Assembly (NCBI GenBank): GCA_004297215.1
Contig: SCUM01000001.1
Coordinates: 678,716-742,715 of the forward strand
Direction: 5' to 3'
DNA: 64,000 nt
DNA from: Patescibacteria group bacterium
Lineage (GTDB): Bacteria > Patescibacteriota > Patescibacteriia > UBA9934 > GWF2-40-263
The notes under the pieces were generated by a model. It saw only the letters and a program-made list of their open reading frames with translations, searched no databases and was not told the origin of the DNA. Below, one piece after another: positions 28,253-37,741 of this stretch (within the stretch, counting starts at the first letter, position 1; each line of letters begins with the position of its first letter). A program made the position numbers and the translations under genes.

Positions 28253-28459
28253 ATGAACAACGAAAGCCAAAACCCGCAAAATAAGCTCGATCCGTCGCTC
28301 GGATACCTGCTGACGATCCTGCGCGATATTCCAATCCTAAACACCGCGCCGAGCGATCCGCCGAAATATCCGATCAGCTTTGCGCTATACGACGACGGCT
28401 CCGTGCGCAGGTTTTACGTCTTCTTCAACGGAAATTGGCGCTACACAACGCTTACATGA
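28253..28459 (+). CDS. Small tail-associated protein
   Basis: Operonic ORF ending RRFYVFFNGNWRYTTLT. Confidence 0.6.
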   Translation: MNNESQNPQNKLDPSLGYLLTILRDIPILNTAPSDPPKYPISFALYDDGSVRRFYVFFNGNWRYTTLT

Positions 28460-28516
28460 TCACATCAAAAATGATATAATATCAGCAACATAGCCATAGA
28501 AGTCCCCCTGCTTTCT

Positions 28517-29734
28517 ATGGCAAACACACTCTACGATTACTACAAAACCAAAGGCCAGTCGCTCCCGTCAGTGCAGGAGCGCGCCAAGACCTTTGAGTCA
28601 CTGGGGCTCGGATCATCAGCCGGATATAAAGGCACGTATGAGCAGAACGTGTCGCTTTTGAGTGCGCTGCAAAAACCGGCTGTTCCCAATCCTGCGACTC
28701 CCACCGCGCCTCCGGCGCCTGCTCCGACTCCCTCTCCTGCGCCAACTGCACCGAAAACAACCATCGACATTTACGGACAGAGCGTGCCCACGCAGACATC
28801 GCTTCTCGAGCAGTACCGGAAGCAGCTCGGCCTCGACAAGCTGACGGAAGACATCAATACCGCGCTCGCCAGCCAGCCGAAAAAATCCGACATCTATACC
28901 AAAGAGCTTGCATCGCTCGATCCGCAGCGCACACAGCTTAAATCGCTCGACCAGCGCATCGCCGAAATGGAAAACGCGCTGGATGCCTCTGAAGAGGATA
29001 TCCGAAAGCGCACAACCGAAAGTGGCGGCCTCGTGACCGAGAGCCAGACACAGCGTCTCGTAGCCAGCGAAAAGAAGCCGCTTGTCGACGCCTACAACAA
29101 AATACTCGGCGAACGCAACCGGCTTGCCTCATCGCTCGGCGAAGAGGAGCGCCTCGCAAGAGAGCGTGCCGGCATCGCATACGAAGACGCGCTTCTTCCG
29201 CTGACCACCGCGCAGGCAAAGCTCTCGGCAATAAACCCTCTGTTTGAGCAATACTTTGGCGCGGCGAAATCCGATCTTGACCTGCAGATAAAGGCTGCCG
29301 AAACCGCAGCAGAAAAAAGGAACGCCAAAGTTGTCACCACACAGGTGGATGAAGGCGGAAATGTGAGCGTCGTGACGCAGGAAGCCGACGGCTCATTCAA
29401 AGTGAACAAAGTCGGCAATATCGGCAAACCGCAGAAGCAGAGCTCCGGCACTGAAGAGGCATACGACGACAATGACATCGAAGCATACGCTCTCGAGCTT
29501 CTGAATAACCCCAACTTCGACACTTCAAACGTGCCTCAAAAAATTCGCGCCAAAGTGCTCCGCAAGCGCGATGCGATCGTGGCCGAAGCAGAAAATCCTC
29601 AGCCGGCGCCGGGCTCTGTAAGCCCAGGTCCGCTTAGCGCATTCCCGAATCTGCAGGGACTCTCGTTCGGCTCAAGCAACAGCACGCCGGCATTTCTCCA
29701 GCCGGCAGCGGGAAGTTTCTCGCTCTTCAAGTAG
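28517..29734 (+). CDS. Putative ejection protein with a DUF3597-like N-terminal domain
   Basis: TLYDYYKTKG...ERAK...G...YKGT.EQN..LL..L, Pro-Thr-Ala linker, long coiled coil. Confidence 0.65.
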   Translation: MANTLYDYYKTKGQSLPSVQERAKTFESLGLGSSAGYKGTYEQNVSLLSALQKPAVPNPATPTAPPAPAPTPSPAPTAPKTTIDIYGQSVPTQTSLLEQYRKQLGLDKLTEDINTALASQPKKSDIYTKELASLDPQRTQLKSLDQRIAEMENALDASEEDIRKRTTESGGLVTESQTQRLVASEKKPLVDAYNKILGERNRLASSLGEEERLARERAGIAYEDALLPLTTAQAKLSAINPLFEQYFGAAKSDLDLQIKAAETAAEKRNAKVVTTQVDEGGNVSVVTQEADGSFKVNKVGNIGKPQKQSSGTEEAYDDNDIEAYALELLNNPNFDTSNVPQKIRAKVLRKRDAIVAEAENPQPAPGSVSPGPLSAFPNLQGLSFGSSNSTPAFLQPAAGSFSLFK

Positions 29735-29746
29735 CCACTATGACCT

Positions 29747-32700
29747 ATGGCCTACATCAAAGACCCAAAAACCGGAAGATACATAAAGACAGCCGACACG
29801 CCGGCTAAAACCTTTCCTGCGCCAGCAGGGAATGTTCCCGTTGCCGGCAAACTGCCTGAAATTCAGGAGCCGGCAGCTCAGCCCGGGCAGATGCTTCGCT
29901 TTGAGAAAGGCCCAGACGGAAAATACATTAAAAAGACAGTCGCTGCTCCTGCAGAGGCAGCCCCATCCGCAACCACAAAAACCGGCAAGCCGAATCTCGC
30001 AACAGTCCCCGGGCTCATGCTTGCTGCAGAGCAGTCCGGCGTTGAGCTTCCCAAAGAAGCAACGGAAACCGGCAAGCGGTCGACACTGCAGAAAGTGCTC
30101 GACGTTCTCAATACCGGCGGATACGCCGTGGGTGGACTCATCAGCGGAAAAGGCATTAAGGCCGGCATCAAAGAAAAAATCCTGCCGTCCGAAGCATTGA
30201 ATATAGAAAATCCGATCCTCGGATTTGCTGCCGATGTTCTGCTTGATCCGACCACATACATCACCTTCGGATACGGCGGAGGCGCAAAGCTGGCCGCTAA
30301 AGGCGGCTCGGTCATTTTGAATAAAGCAGGAACCAAGCTGCTCAAGAAAACAATTGCCGAAGTCGGCGAAGAGGCAGCGCGGAAAGCTCTCGCCAAAAAG
30401 ATTGCCCAGGAGGGCGGAGAAAAACTGCTCGCCAAAGGCGGGGTCAAATTTGCCGGCAAGGAGATTGTGCCACGATCCGCGATCAATAAAGGCGCATCGC
30501 TGGCAGACACCGCGCTCGAGAAGCTTCCGGCAGTAGGCGCGGTCTATAAAGGCGCGAAAGAGCTCGGCGCAAAAGCGTTCGTGCCGTTTTCCGATATCAA
30601 AAAACTTCCGGGCGGAGAAAAATACGCCGAAAAATTTACAACATTCGCAAAAGGCACGCGCGCAAAGATCGCAGATACGGTCGAGGAATACACCAAGCTC
30701 GGCAAAAAGGCGCAAGAAGCGCTGGGGCCGGAGTATGGGACAAAAACAGCAGAGCTGCTGGAGACGGCATCGTACAAGCCGGCCAGACCGCTTCTCAAAG
30801 GCCTCAAAGATTACGAAAAAGAATTCATAAAATCGCAGGGCGTCAATCTCGACAATCTGGCAGTTTCCAAAACCGGAAAAGGAAAACCCCGGGACATTTT
30901 GAATATGCTCGAAGAGGGCGCAAAAAAAGAAGTCAAAGCGAAAAGAGGACGCCCGACTGCTGCAGCAAGCAAGTCAAAAGTTATTCTCATTGAAACAGCC
31001 GACGGCATGAAGGTGCTCGACGGCGCGCACCGGCTTGCCGGCGCACTCAAAAAAGGCGCGAAGGCAATCGACTATCATGTTGTGCGGGAAGTCGCGCCGA
31101 AAGCGGAACGCTCGCAGGTCGCCGATCTGATCAGTACGCTTCAAAAAGGACAGAAAGAAATTTCAAAAGCCGAAAAATCGCGTGGCATTCTGAAAACAGA
31201 ACTGAAAGACGGCGGATATTTGCGTCATTTCCTAACGCCGGAAGCGCGCGAGTTTATGCAGAAAGGCGGAACGGTCTCCGGCGAGCTTACCAAGCCCCTC
31301 CGGGTGCGGACGCCGTTTGCTAAACAGCGCAAGCTCGAAGGAACGCTCGCCCAGATCAACAAAAAATTCCAGCAGGCCCACGGCATCAATCTGTTTGAGC
31401 CGGATGCATTCAAAGCGCTGGCTGGCCGGAAAGCCGAAAGCATCAAAGCCGTGAGCACGCACGACTTCTTCAGAGATATCGGCAAAGAATTCGGCATGAA
31501 GGCAAAATCAAAAAGTTTCAAAAGCCCCGTAACTGGAAAAACAGTCCGGGGCGCCCAGCCGGTCATTCAGGACGGCGTGCGCTATGTGGAAAGCTCCGTG
31601 CCCCAGCTCAAAGGCGTGCTCCTGCCGGAACCAATCGTGAAGCATCTCGACGAAACACGCCGGATACTTTCAAACGACGAGGCGACAAACTCATTCCTGC
31701 GCCTCTATGACCGCACGCTCGCAGTATGGAAAGGATCGGTCACAGGATGGTTTCCGGCATTCCACGGGCGCAACTTCATGGGCGGACTTTTCAATAACTG
31801 GCTCGGGGGCGTAAAAAATCCCGCACGCTATATTCAGGGCGACCAGATTGCCCGGGGAGCTGCCGGAAAATTTACCACCAATGTCGGCACTACCTACACC
31901 TACGACCAGGTGCGCACTCTTGCCCGCGAGCTCGGCGTCACCGGACAGCCGGGCTACTTGGACGTATTCAAAGAAGTGGAAAAAGAAATGGGAAAAGGCA
32001 CGCTCCGCAAACTCGGCGAAACTCCGCAGGCAGTCATGGAGGTTGTGGAAAATCGTCTCCGCCTTCCGCTGTTTGTCGACCGCCTGATGAAGGGCGATGC
32101 ACCAAGAGATGCTGCAATGCAGGTTTTCAAATTCCACTTCGACTACGCGCCGGAGGGCATAACCCAATTTGAGAAAAACGTGATGAAGCGCCTCATGCCG
32201 TTCTACCGCTGGACGCGAGGCAATATCCCGCTCCAGCTCGAGCAGATTGCCAAGCAGCCGGGCAAGTATGCCGCGATTGGCAAGATCGGCAATAAAGCGT
32301 ACTCAGCCGAAGAGGACGAGGAGCGCCAGTATCTCCCGCCGTACATTCAGGAAGCATTCTCGTTCCGTGCGGGCAAAGACGAAAAGACCGGAGAAGTAAA
32401 ATATCGCTACGGCATCAACGTGCTGCCGGCTGAAGATATCAACCGGCTCTTTCGGGGGAGCGCGCGGCGCACGCTTGAAGGTCTGATCGGGGAAACAGCT
32501 CCTCTTATCAAATATCCAATCGAGCTGGCAACGCGATACGATTTATTCCGAGGACAGCCGATCGAGAAATCAACCTACGTCGCAAAGTGGGTGCCGGAAG
32601 TTCCTGCGCTCGCAAAATTCCTCGATGTGAAAGCAGTTCCGAAAAAAGACGGAACCTACAGTTACATCGGCGACCCGTACAAGCTCCACTTTATCAACAC

Positions 32701-32971
32701 ATTTCTCGGCCGAATTTACAGCACAGCTGGAGCGAACACCGACGAAAAAAATTCGCTGGCAGAAAAAGCACTGTACAACCTGCTCGGCATAAAGAGCAAG
32801 AGCTTTGATATTGAAAAAGAAAAAAGCTACCGGGAGCGGGAGCTTAAAACGCGCATTGAAGATTTGCTCGAGCAGGAAGGCGTGATCCGAAAATTTGAAT
32901 CGCCCTACATTCCGAATTCGTCTAAAGCCAAAAAGAAACAAACAGTGCCATACATCCCGCCAGTCCGATAA
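29747..32971 (+). CDS. Large internal virion / ejection protein (polyvalent-like)
   Basis: 1074 aa; DVLLDPTTY motif, internal VLDGAHRL ParB-like motif, FDY....T.FE...MPFY.W...N C-terminal motif. Confidence 0.75.
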   Translation: MAYIKDPKTGRYIKTADTPAKTFPAPAGNVPVAGKLPEIQEPAAQPGQMLRFEKGPDGKYIKKTVAAPAEAAPSATTKTGKPNLATVPGLMLAAEQSGVELPKEATETGKRSTLQKVLDVLNTGGYAVGGLISGKGIKAGIKEKILPSEALNIENPILGFAADVLLDPTTYITFGYGGGAKLAAKGGSVILNKAGTKLLKKTIAEVGEEAARKALAKKIAQEGGEKLLAKGGVKFAGKEIVPRSAINKGASLADTALEKLPAVGAVYKGAKELGAKAFVPFSDIKKLPGGEKYAEKFTTFAKGTRAKIADTVEEYTKLGKKAQEALGPEYGTKTAELLETASYKPARPLLKGLKDYEKEFIKSQGVNLDNLAVSKTGKGKPRDILNMLEEGAKKEVKAKRGRPTAAASKSKVILIETADGMKVLDGAHRLAGALKKGAKAIDYHVVREVAPKAERSQVADLISTLQKGQKEISKAEKSRGILKTELKDGGYLRHFLTPEAREFMQKGGTVSGELTKPLRVRTPFAKQRKLEGTLAQINKKFQQAHGINLFEPDAFKALAGRKAESIKAVSTHDFFRDIGKEFGMKAKSKSFKSPVTGKTVRGAQPVIQDGVRYVESSVPQLKGVLLPEPIVKHLDETRRILSNDEATNSFLRLYDRTLAVWKGSVTGWFPAFHGRNFMGGLFNNWLGGVKNPARYIQGDQIARGAAGKFTTNVGTTYTYDQVRTLARELGVTGQPGYLDVFKEVEKEMGKGTLRKLGETPQAVMEVVENRLRLPLFVDRLMKGDAPRDAAMQVFKFHFDYAPEGITQFEKNVMKRLMPFYRWTRGNIPLQLEQIAKQPGKYAAIGKIGNKAYSAEEDEERQYLPPYIQEAFSFRAGKDEKTGEVKYRYGINVLPAEDINRLFRGSARRTLEGLIGETAPLIKYPIELATRYDLFRGQPIEKSTYVAKWVPEVPALAKFLDVKAVPKKDGTYSYIGDPYKLHFINTFLGRIYSTAGANTDEKNSLAEKALYNLLGIKSKSFDIEKEKSYRERELKTRIEDLLEQEGVIRKFESPYIPNSSKAKKKQTVPYIPPVR

Positions 32972-33188
32972 GACCGAGTATGCCGGATTCCCACTCATCC
33001 AATTTGCGCCCCTTCCAGAGCTTCCACAGTCCGGCTCCGAGGCCCAGCGCAAGAACGGCCGGAACCACGATCAGGCCGACGGCATCCAAGGCATCCTCCA
33101 TGCCCCAAAGCAGATATCCCGCAGCCCAAGCAATCCCTATAACCAAGAGATATGCCAGCACCGGATAATTGTCCACAAATTTGCGCAT
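32922..33188 (-). CDS. Small antisense-oriented membrane protein (moron-like)
   Basis: 88 aa with three hydrophobic segments; converges on the ejection-protein gene. Confidence 0.6.
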   Translation of the reverse strand: MRKFVDNYPVLAYLLVIGIAWAAGYLLWGMEDALDAVGLIVVPAVLALGLGAGLWKLWKGRKLDEWESGILGLIGLAGCMALFVSFWL

Positions 33189-33320
33189 AAAGGTCTAAAA
33201 ACGTTGCAATCATTGGCATTTTACAGTTTCTCCAGCCCATTGGACAAGTCACTTTTTACACTTTCAAATCACATCAGCTAATGCTATAATTACATCAGGC
33301 CAGATGATACAAAATAACCT

Positions 33321-33611
33321 ATGCCAGAGAGCTTAATACAACTTGGTGCCGTAGCCGTACTTTTTCTCGTAGCGATACGGGAATTCTTCTCGTACCTCAA
33401 AATGCGCAAAAACGGAAACGGCGGAAACGAAGGGCATTTGAGCGAAGCAATTCTCAATGAGCTCCGCGCGATGAATTCAAACCACCTCCATTCCCTTCGG
33501 GAAACACTCGAAGAGGGCAACCGAAACCTCATCAGCACAATTCATTCCGACAACACCAAGATGATAGAAATTCTCGGCGAAATAAAAGGCAACCTTAACC
33601 AAAGAAGGTAA
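33321..33611 (+). CDS. Putative holin / lysis membrane protein
   Basis: N-terminal TM segment plus coiled coil; first gene of the lysis cassette. Confidence 0.6.
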   Translation: MPESLIQLGAVAVLFLVAIREFFSYLKMRKNGNGGNEGHLSEAILNELRAMNSNHLHSLRETLEEGNRNLISTIHSDNTKMIEILGEIKGNLNQRR

Positions 33612-33615
33612 TCAT

Positions 33616-34701
33616 ATGGAAAACCAGCAAATGTTTATGTCCGGCGCAGTCATCGACGAGCGTCCGGAATCAGAAAAAGAGAAGGACTACCGGTTCGAGG
33701 AGATCGTGGCCGCGATCAACCCCGTTAACTGGATCGAGAAGCCACGCGATCAGTGGCGCAAGTTTCCAATTTTCAATCAGGATGGTTCCGGCTCCTGCGT
33801 TGCGCAGACCGAAGCAAAAGAAATGGGAATCATGCGCTGGCTCCGCGACAAAATATACGTTCATTTTTCGGCAACAGATATTTATCAGCGGCGCAGCAAC
33901 AAGCCGGCAGGCGGAATGGTGGCCGTTGATGCCCGCAACATTGCGCGCAAGGGCGTGACGCTCGAAGCGCTTGCCCCCTCGCAGGCCATGAACGACGGGC
34001 AGATGGACTCCGCAGTCATTGAGGAATACAAGCGCAAAGTCGGAGAAGTGTTTGCGGTGCCGAATTTCGTTGCACTCCCGATCCGAGACATTGATACAGT
34101 GGCATCCCTCATTCAGACCACCGGCAAGGGAGTCATGGTCTGGTTTTACTTCGAATACCGCGAGTGGACGGACACTCCGCAGGTAATGAATCCGAATCTC
34201 GACCTTTACGCTGGCAGCACTAACCGGCATTCGGTGACCGCCGTTGACTTTACCCTCGTGAACGGCAAAAAAGCACTCATCATTGAAGACAGCTGGGGCC
34301 CGACATTCGGACTCAACGGACAGCGCGTGATTACCGAGGACTTCTACAAAGCGCGCAACTGGTATGCCGGCTATCTCGTGAACTTCCAGTTTGAAGATCA
34401 GACAAAACCTCTTCCCCAGCCACAGCCGGCTCCGAATCCGAAGCCAAAATACCGATTCTCAAAACCTCTCACATTTGGCATGACAAACTCCGATGTCAAA
34501 GCGCTGCAGGACATTTTGCGATACGAGGGACTGTTCCCGCAAAACACAGCCTCAACCGGATATTACGGCGCGATCACTGCGAAAGGCGTTTATCAGTTTC
34601 AGGTAAGGCACAAAATAGCGCCAATGGCCGAACTCAATGCCCTTCAGGGCCGAAGGGTCGGAGAGAAAACAATACAAAAACTCAATGCGCTGTACGCGTA
34701 A
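33616..34701 (+). CDS. Endolysin: papain-like (C1) cysteine peptidase plus peptidoglycan-binding domain
   Basis: NQDGSGSCVA (Q, C), HSV, EDSWG; Pro-rich linker; L.FG....DVKALQ..L....TGYYG.IT...V..FQ...G.VG.KT...LN. Confidence 0.85.
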   Translation: MENQQMFMSGAVIDERPESEKEKDYRFEEIVAAINPVNWIEKPRDQWRKFPIFNQDGSGSCVAQTEAKEMGIMRWLRDKIYVHFSATDIYQRRSNKPAGGMVAVDARNIARKGVTLEALAPSQAMNDGQMDSAVIEEYKRKVGEVFAVPNFVALPIRDIDTVASLIQTTGKGVMVWFYFEYREWTDTPQVMNPNLDLYAGSTNRHSVTAVDFTLVNGKKALIIEDSWGPTFGLNGQRVITEDFYKARNWYAGYLVNFQFEDQTKPLPQPQPAPNPKPKYRFSKPLTFGMTNSDVKALQDILRYEGLFPQNTASTGYYGAITAKGVYQFQVRHKIAPMAELNALQGRRVGEKTIQKLNALYA

Positions 34702-34710
34702 CACAAAACT

Positions 34711-34896
34711 ATGAGCAACATCCTCAAATCTGCAAGCAAGATCGTATTCATCCTGATGGCCGTCGCAGCATGCGCCGGATTCTTCCTCGGGAAGCTCGAA
34801 GCGAAGGACTTCATGGTGCTTTCCGGCATGGCCTTCTCCTTCTACTTCTCGAATAAAGGAGAAACATCCGGCAATCTTCCCTTCGCGGGTAAATAG
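34711..34896 (+). CDS. Small two-TM holin-like protein
   Basis: Two hydrophobic helices ending FSFYF. Confidence 0.65.
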   Translation: MSNILKSASKIVFILMAVAACAGFFLGKLEAKDFMVLSGMAFSFYFSNKGETSGNLPFAGK

Positions 34897-34930
34897 CCGG
34901 CTCCGGCCGGCTGGCATTAACCAGCCGCCT

Positions 34931-35449
34931 ATGAAACGAGCGATATCTTTTGCCGTCGCTCTTGTTGCTATAGGCATACTGCTGACGGCAAACCCAAAAC
35001 CCGCTGTTGCCCCGCAGGGCGCAGATACCGGCAGGAAGCCGGCATTGCCCCAATCTGCAGCCGAAGACCCGCGTAAGGCCAAAATTGAGCGCGTTGACGC
35101 ATACTTTACCGAGCGAAATATGCCACTTCGTGGCTACGGATCGGAATTTGTGGAGGTTGCGGAGCGGTACGGCCTTGACTGGCGCCTTCTGCCGGCAATC
35201 GCTGTGCGCGAATCATCCGGCGGAAAGCAGGCCTGCGGAAACAATCCATTCGGCTGGGCTTCCTGCCGGACGGACTTTGACAGTACCGAAAAAGCGATCG
35301 AACATGTCGGCCTCAATCTCGGCGGAGAAAATCCCCGCACTGCTCCCTATTACAAAAACAAAACCACGCGCGAGAAGCTATGGTTCTACAATGGGACAGT
35401 AAATCCGAAGTATCCGGACGAAGTGCTAGACATTATGGAGCGATTCTGA
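34931..35449 (+). CDS. Lysozyme-like / glucosaminidase-domain protein with a signal anchor
   Basis: YGLDWRLLPAIAVRESSGGK...NNPFGW...YN....Y...V; N-terminal hydrophobic segment. Confidence 0.8.
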   Translation: MKRAISFAVALVAIGILLTANPKPAVAPQGADTGRKPALPQSAAEDPRKAKIERVDAYFTERNMPLRGYGSEFVEVAERYGLDWRLLPAIAVRESSGGKQACGNNPFGWASCRTDFDSTEKAIEHVGLNLGGENPRTAPYYKNKTTREKLWFYNGTVNPKYPDEVLDIMERF

Positions 35450-35626
35450 CCTTTTGATCCTGAAATGCAACATTGTAGTGCAACGTCATCATTTATGATG
35501 TGCAGCCTGTGGATAACTTTTTGAGCGTTTTTGCGGCTTAACTAGGCCGCAAAATTGCATTTTATGCCGTAGTTGAGCCGTAAAAATAGCGGCATTTTTT
35601 TCAAATATCGGGTATAATACAATTAT

Positions 35627-36667
35627 ATGCAAACAACAACTCTCCAAAAACTCAATACCACCACGAAGTCTAAGGAGAGCAAGGCCGGCAAGAAGCGCGC
35701 GCACCGCGTAGCTTCGCTATTTTCTGGCTCCGGCGGAATGGATCTCGGCTTCGAAGATGCCGGATTTGATGTCGTATGGGCAAACGACGTAAATCACTGG
35801 GCATGCGAGACGTTCCGCAAAAATTTCAAGGGCCACATCGCCGAAGGAAGCATCGTCGAAATTAAGACAGATGATATTCCCGAGTGCGATGTCATAACCG
35901 GAGGATTTCCTTGCCAAGATTTTTCTATGATATGGAAACGCATGGGGCTCAAGACCGAGCGCGGAAACCTATATCGCCATTTCGTGCGCGTAGTGGTAGC
36001 CAAACAGCCGAAAATGTTTGTTGCCGAAAATGTGAAGGGTCTTTTGAGTGCCAACAAAGGAAAGGCGGTCAGACAGATCGTTGACGATTTCGCAAAAGCT
36101 GGATATAAGGTAGATGTCTACCCGATTAACTTCGCCAACTACGGCGCCCCGCAGCTCCGAGAGCGCGTGCTTATTATCGGTGTGCGGAAAGACCTCAATA
36201 AGGAATTCGTGCTTCCGAAGCCGACGCACACTCCACAAACGTATGTCACTGCGAAAGAAGCCCTGAAAGATGTAGAGAGGGTGCAGCTCAACAATGAGCA
36301 CCAGAAAATTGAGCCGAGCACGATCGCAAAACTAAGAATCATTCCTCCGGGCGGAAACTTTTCAGACATACCAAAAAATTCGCAGCACTATGTGAAGGGC
36401 ATGATCTCGCACGTATACCGGCGCTTGCATCCGGACAAGCCTTCAACTACGATCATTGCCGGCGGAGGTGGCGGAACATGGGGCTACCACTACAGCGAAC
36501 CGCGCCCCCTGACAAACCGCGAGCGCGCCCGCCTGTTTGGCTATCCGGATAATTTTGAATTTGTCGGGTCGATAACCGAAGTCAGAAGGCAGATCGGAAA
36601 CTCGGTGCCCCCTGCGGGCATTAAACCGATAGCCCGGGCAATCAGGAAATTTTTAGACGAACTATGA
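35627..36667 (+). CDS. DNA cytosine-5 methyltransferase
   Basis: SLFSGSGG, GGFPCQDFS, ENVKG, QLRERV, RE.ARL..YPD, RQIGNSVP. Confidence 0.97.
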   Translation: MQTTTLQKLNTTTKSKESKAGKKRAHRVASLFSGSGGMDLGFEDAGFDVVWANDVNHWACETFRKNFKGHIAEGSIVEIKTDDIPECDVITGGFPCQDFSMIWKRMGLKTERGNLYRHFVRVVVAKQPKMFVAENVKGLLSANKGKAVRQIVDDFAKAGYKVDVYPINFANYGAPQLRERVLIIGVRKDLNKEFVLPKPTHTPQTYVTAKEALKDVERVQLNNEHQKIEPSTIAKLRIIPPGGNFSDIPKNSQHYVKGMISHVYRRLHPDKPSTTIIAGGGGGTWGYHYSEPRPLTNRERARLFGYPDNFEFVGSITEVRRQIGNSVPPAGIKPIARAIRKFLDEL

Positions 36668-36679
36668 TTTTTACATCGC

Positions 36680-37735
36680 ATGAAACTCCTATATTCGAAC
36701 ATAAGCCCCTGCAAATATAGCAATTCTTCATTCAGCGAAGCATTTGAAAACGGGGTAGTAGGTTCAGACAACATAAAAATAGCCACTGGCTTTATAACGG
36801 AAGAATCATTGCTGGAGCTTAAATCCATCCTGCTTTTTTATTTTGAGGAGCACAAAGTCAAAACCTGCAGCCTTGTGATCGGCATGCACGGACGGGAGGG
36901 ATTCACCCGACCCCAATACGACGCAGCCATAGACCTTGCCAATTTTCTGAAAGAAAAAGAGATCGGCAAAGTGTATGTTTGCACAGCCTTCAAATATCAC
37001 GGCAAGACATACGTGTTCCGCAAAAACGGCGTGCCGGCGCCTATCTCTGCAATGCTCGGATCATCAAATCTCGGCAACCTCCTCGACAACCGGCAATGGG
37101 AAGTAGATGCCCTGTTTACAGAAGGAGGCGTTCTCGAAGAGCTGGACACGCTGCATGACGATCTGATCGCCAAGGCCTCTCGCGATATTCTTGAAATGCC
37201 AACACCGGCGACTTTTATTGAAAGAAAAGGACTTCTGGAAGACATCATTGATGTTGAAAAGGCGAACAATGACGAATACGGCAGAATCGATGAGTCCGCC
37301 ACAACAGGACGGGTCTTTGATATTCCCCTCAAAACGGAGCCAAAAAGCAATCTCAATGTGTACTTCGGAAAAGGCAGGTTCGCCAGAGCAACCGGAGCAG
37401 TGCGCCCACGGCATTGGTACGAAGTCGAGCTTGTTGTCTCGAGAGAGATTACTGCTGCAGACGGATATCCAAAGCCTGATTCAGTGATCAAGGTTCTTAC
37501 TGACGACGGCTGGCGGTTCAAATGCAAAATTCAGGGCGACTACGGAAAGAATTTCAGGTCGGAGGGCGACCTGAAGATACTCGGCCGCTGGATAAAAGGA
37601 AGGCTGGAGCGGACTGGATGCCTGAAAGTCGGCCAGCCGGTAACAGACGAAGTGCTGCAGCAATATGGTCGGAGCACTATCTCCCTAAAAGAGACAAACG
37701 ATCCGGACACATGGCTTCTCGACTTTTCGGTATAA
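36680..37735 (+). CDS. PLD-family restriction endonuclease (NgoFVII/CglI R subunit-like)
   Basis: IATGF, YHGKTY...GSSNL PLD motif; C-terminal KSNLN..FG.GR...R.WYEVEL...TDDG..F...KNFRS..DL..LG.WIKG domain. Confidence 0.88.
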   Translation: MKLLYSNISPCKYSNSSFSEAFENGVVGSDNIKIATGFITEESLLELKSILLFYFEEHKVKTCSLVIGMHGREGFTRPQYDAAIDLANFLKEKEIGKVYVCTAFKYHGKTYVFRKNGVPAPISAMLGSSNLGNLLDNRQWEVDALFTEGGVLEELDTLHDDLIAKASRDILEMPTPATFIERKGLLEDIIDVEKANNDEYGRIDESATTGRVFDIPLKTEPKSNLNVYFGKGRFARATGAVRPRHWYEVELVVSREITAADGYPKPDSVIKVLTDDGWRFKCKIQGDYGKNFRSEGDLKILGRWIKGRLERTGCLKVGQPVTDEVLQQYGRSTISLKETNDPDTWLLDFSV

Positions 37736-37741
37736 AACAAT

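Noticed and set aside
1637-35449. Avoidance of GCSGC sites in the prophage
   Set aside because: Several sites are readily found (e.g. near 2915, 6448, 8243, 9507); depletion cannot be judged without counting.
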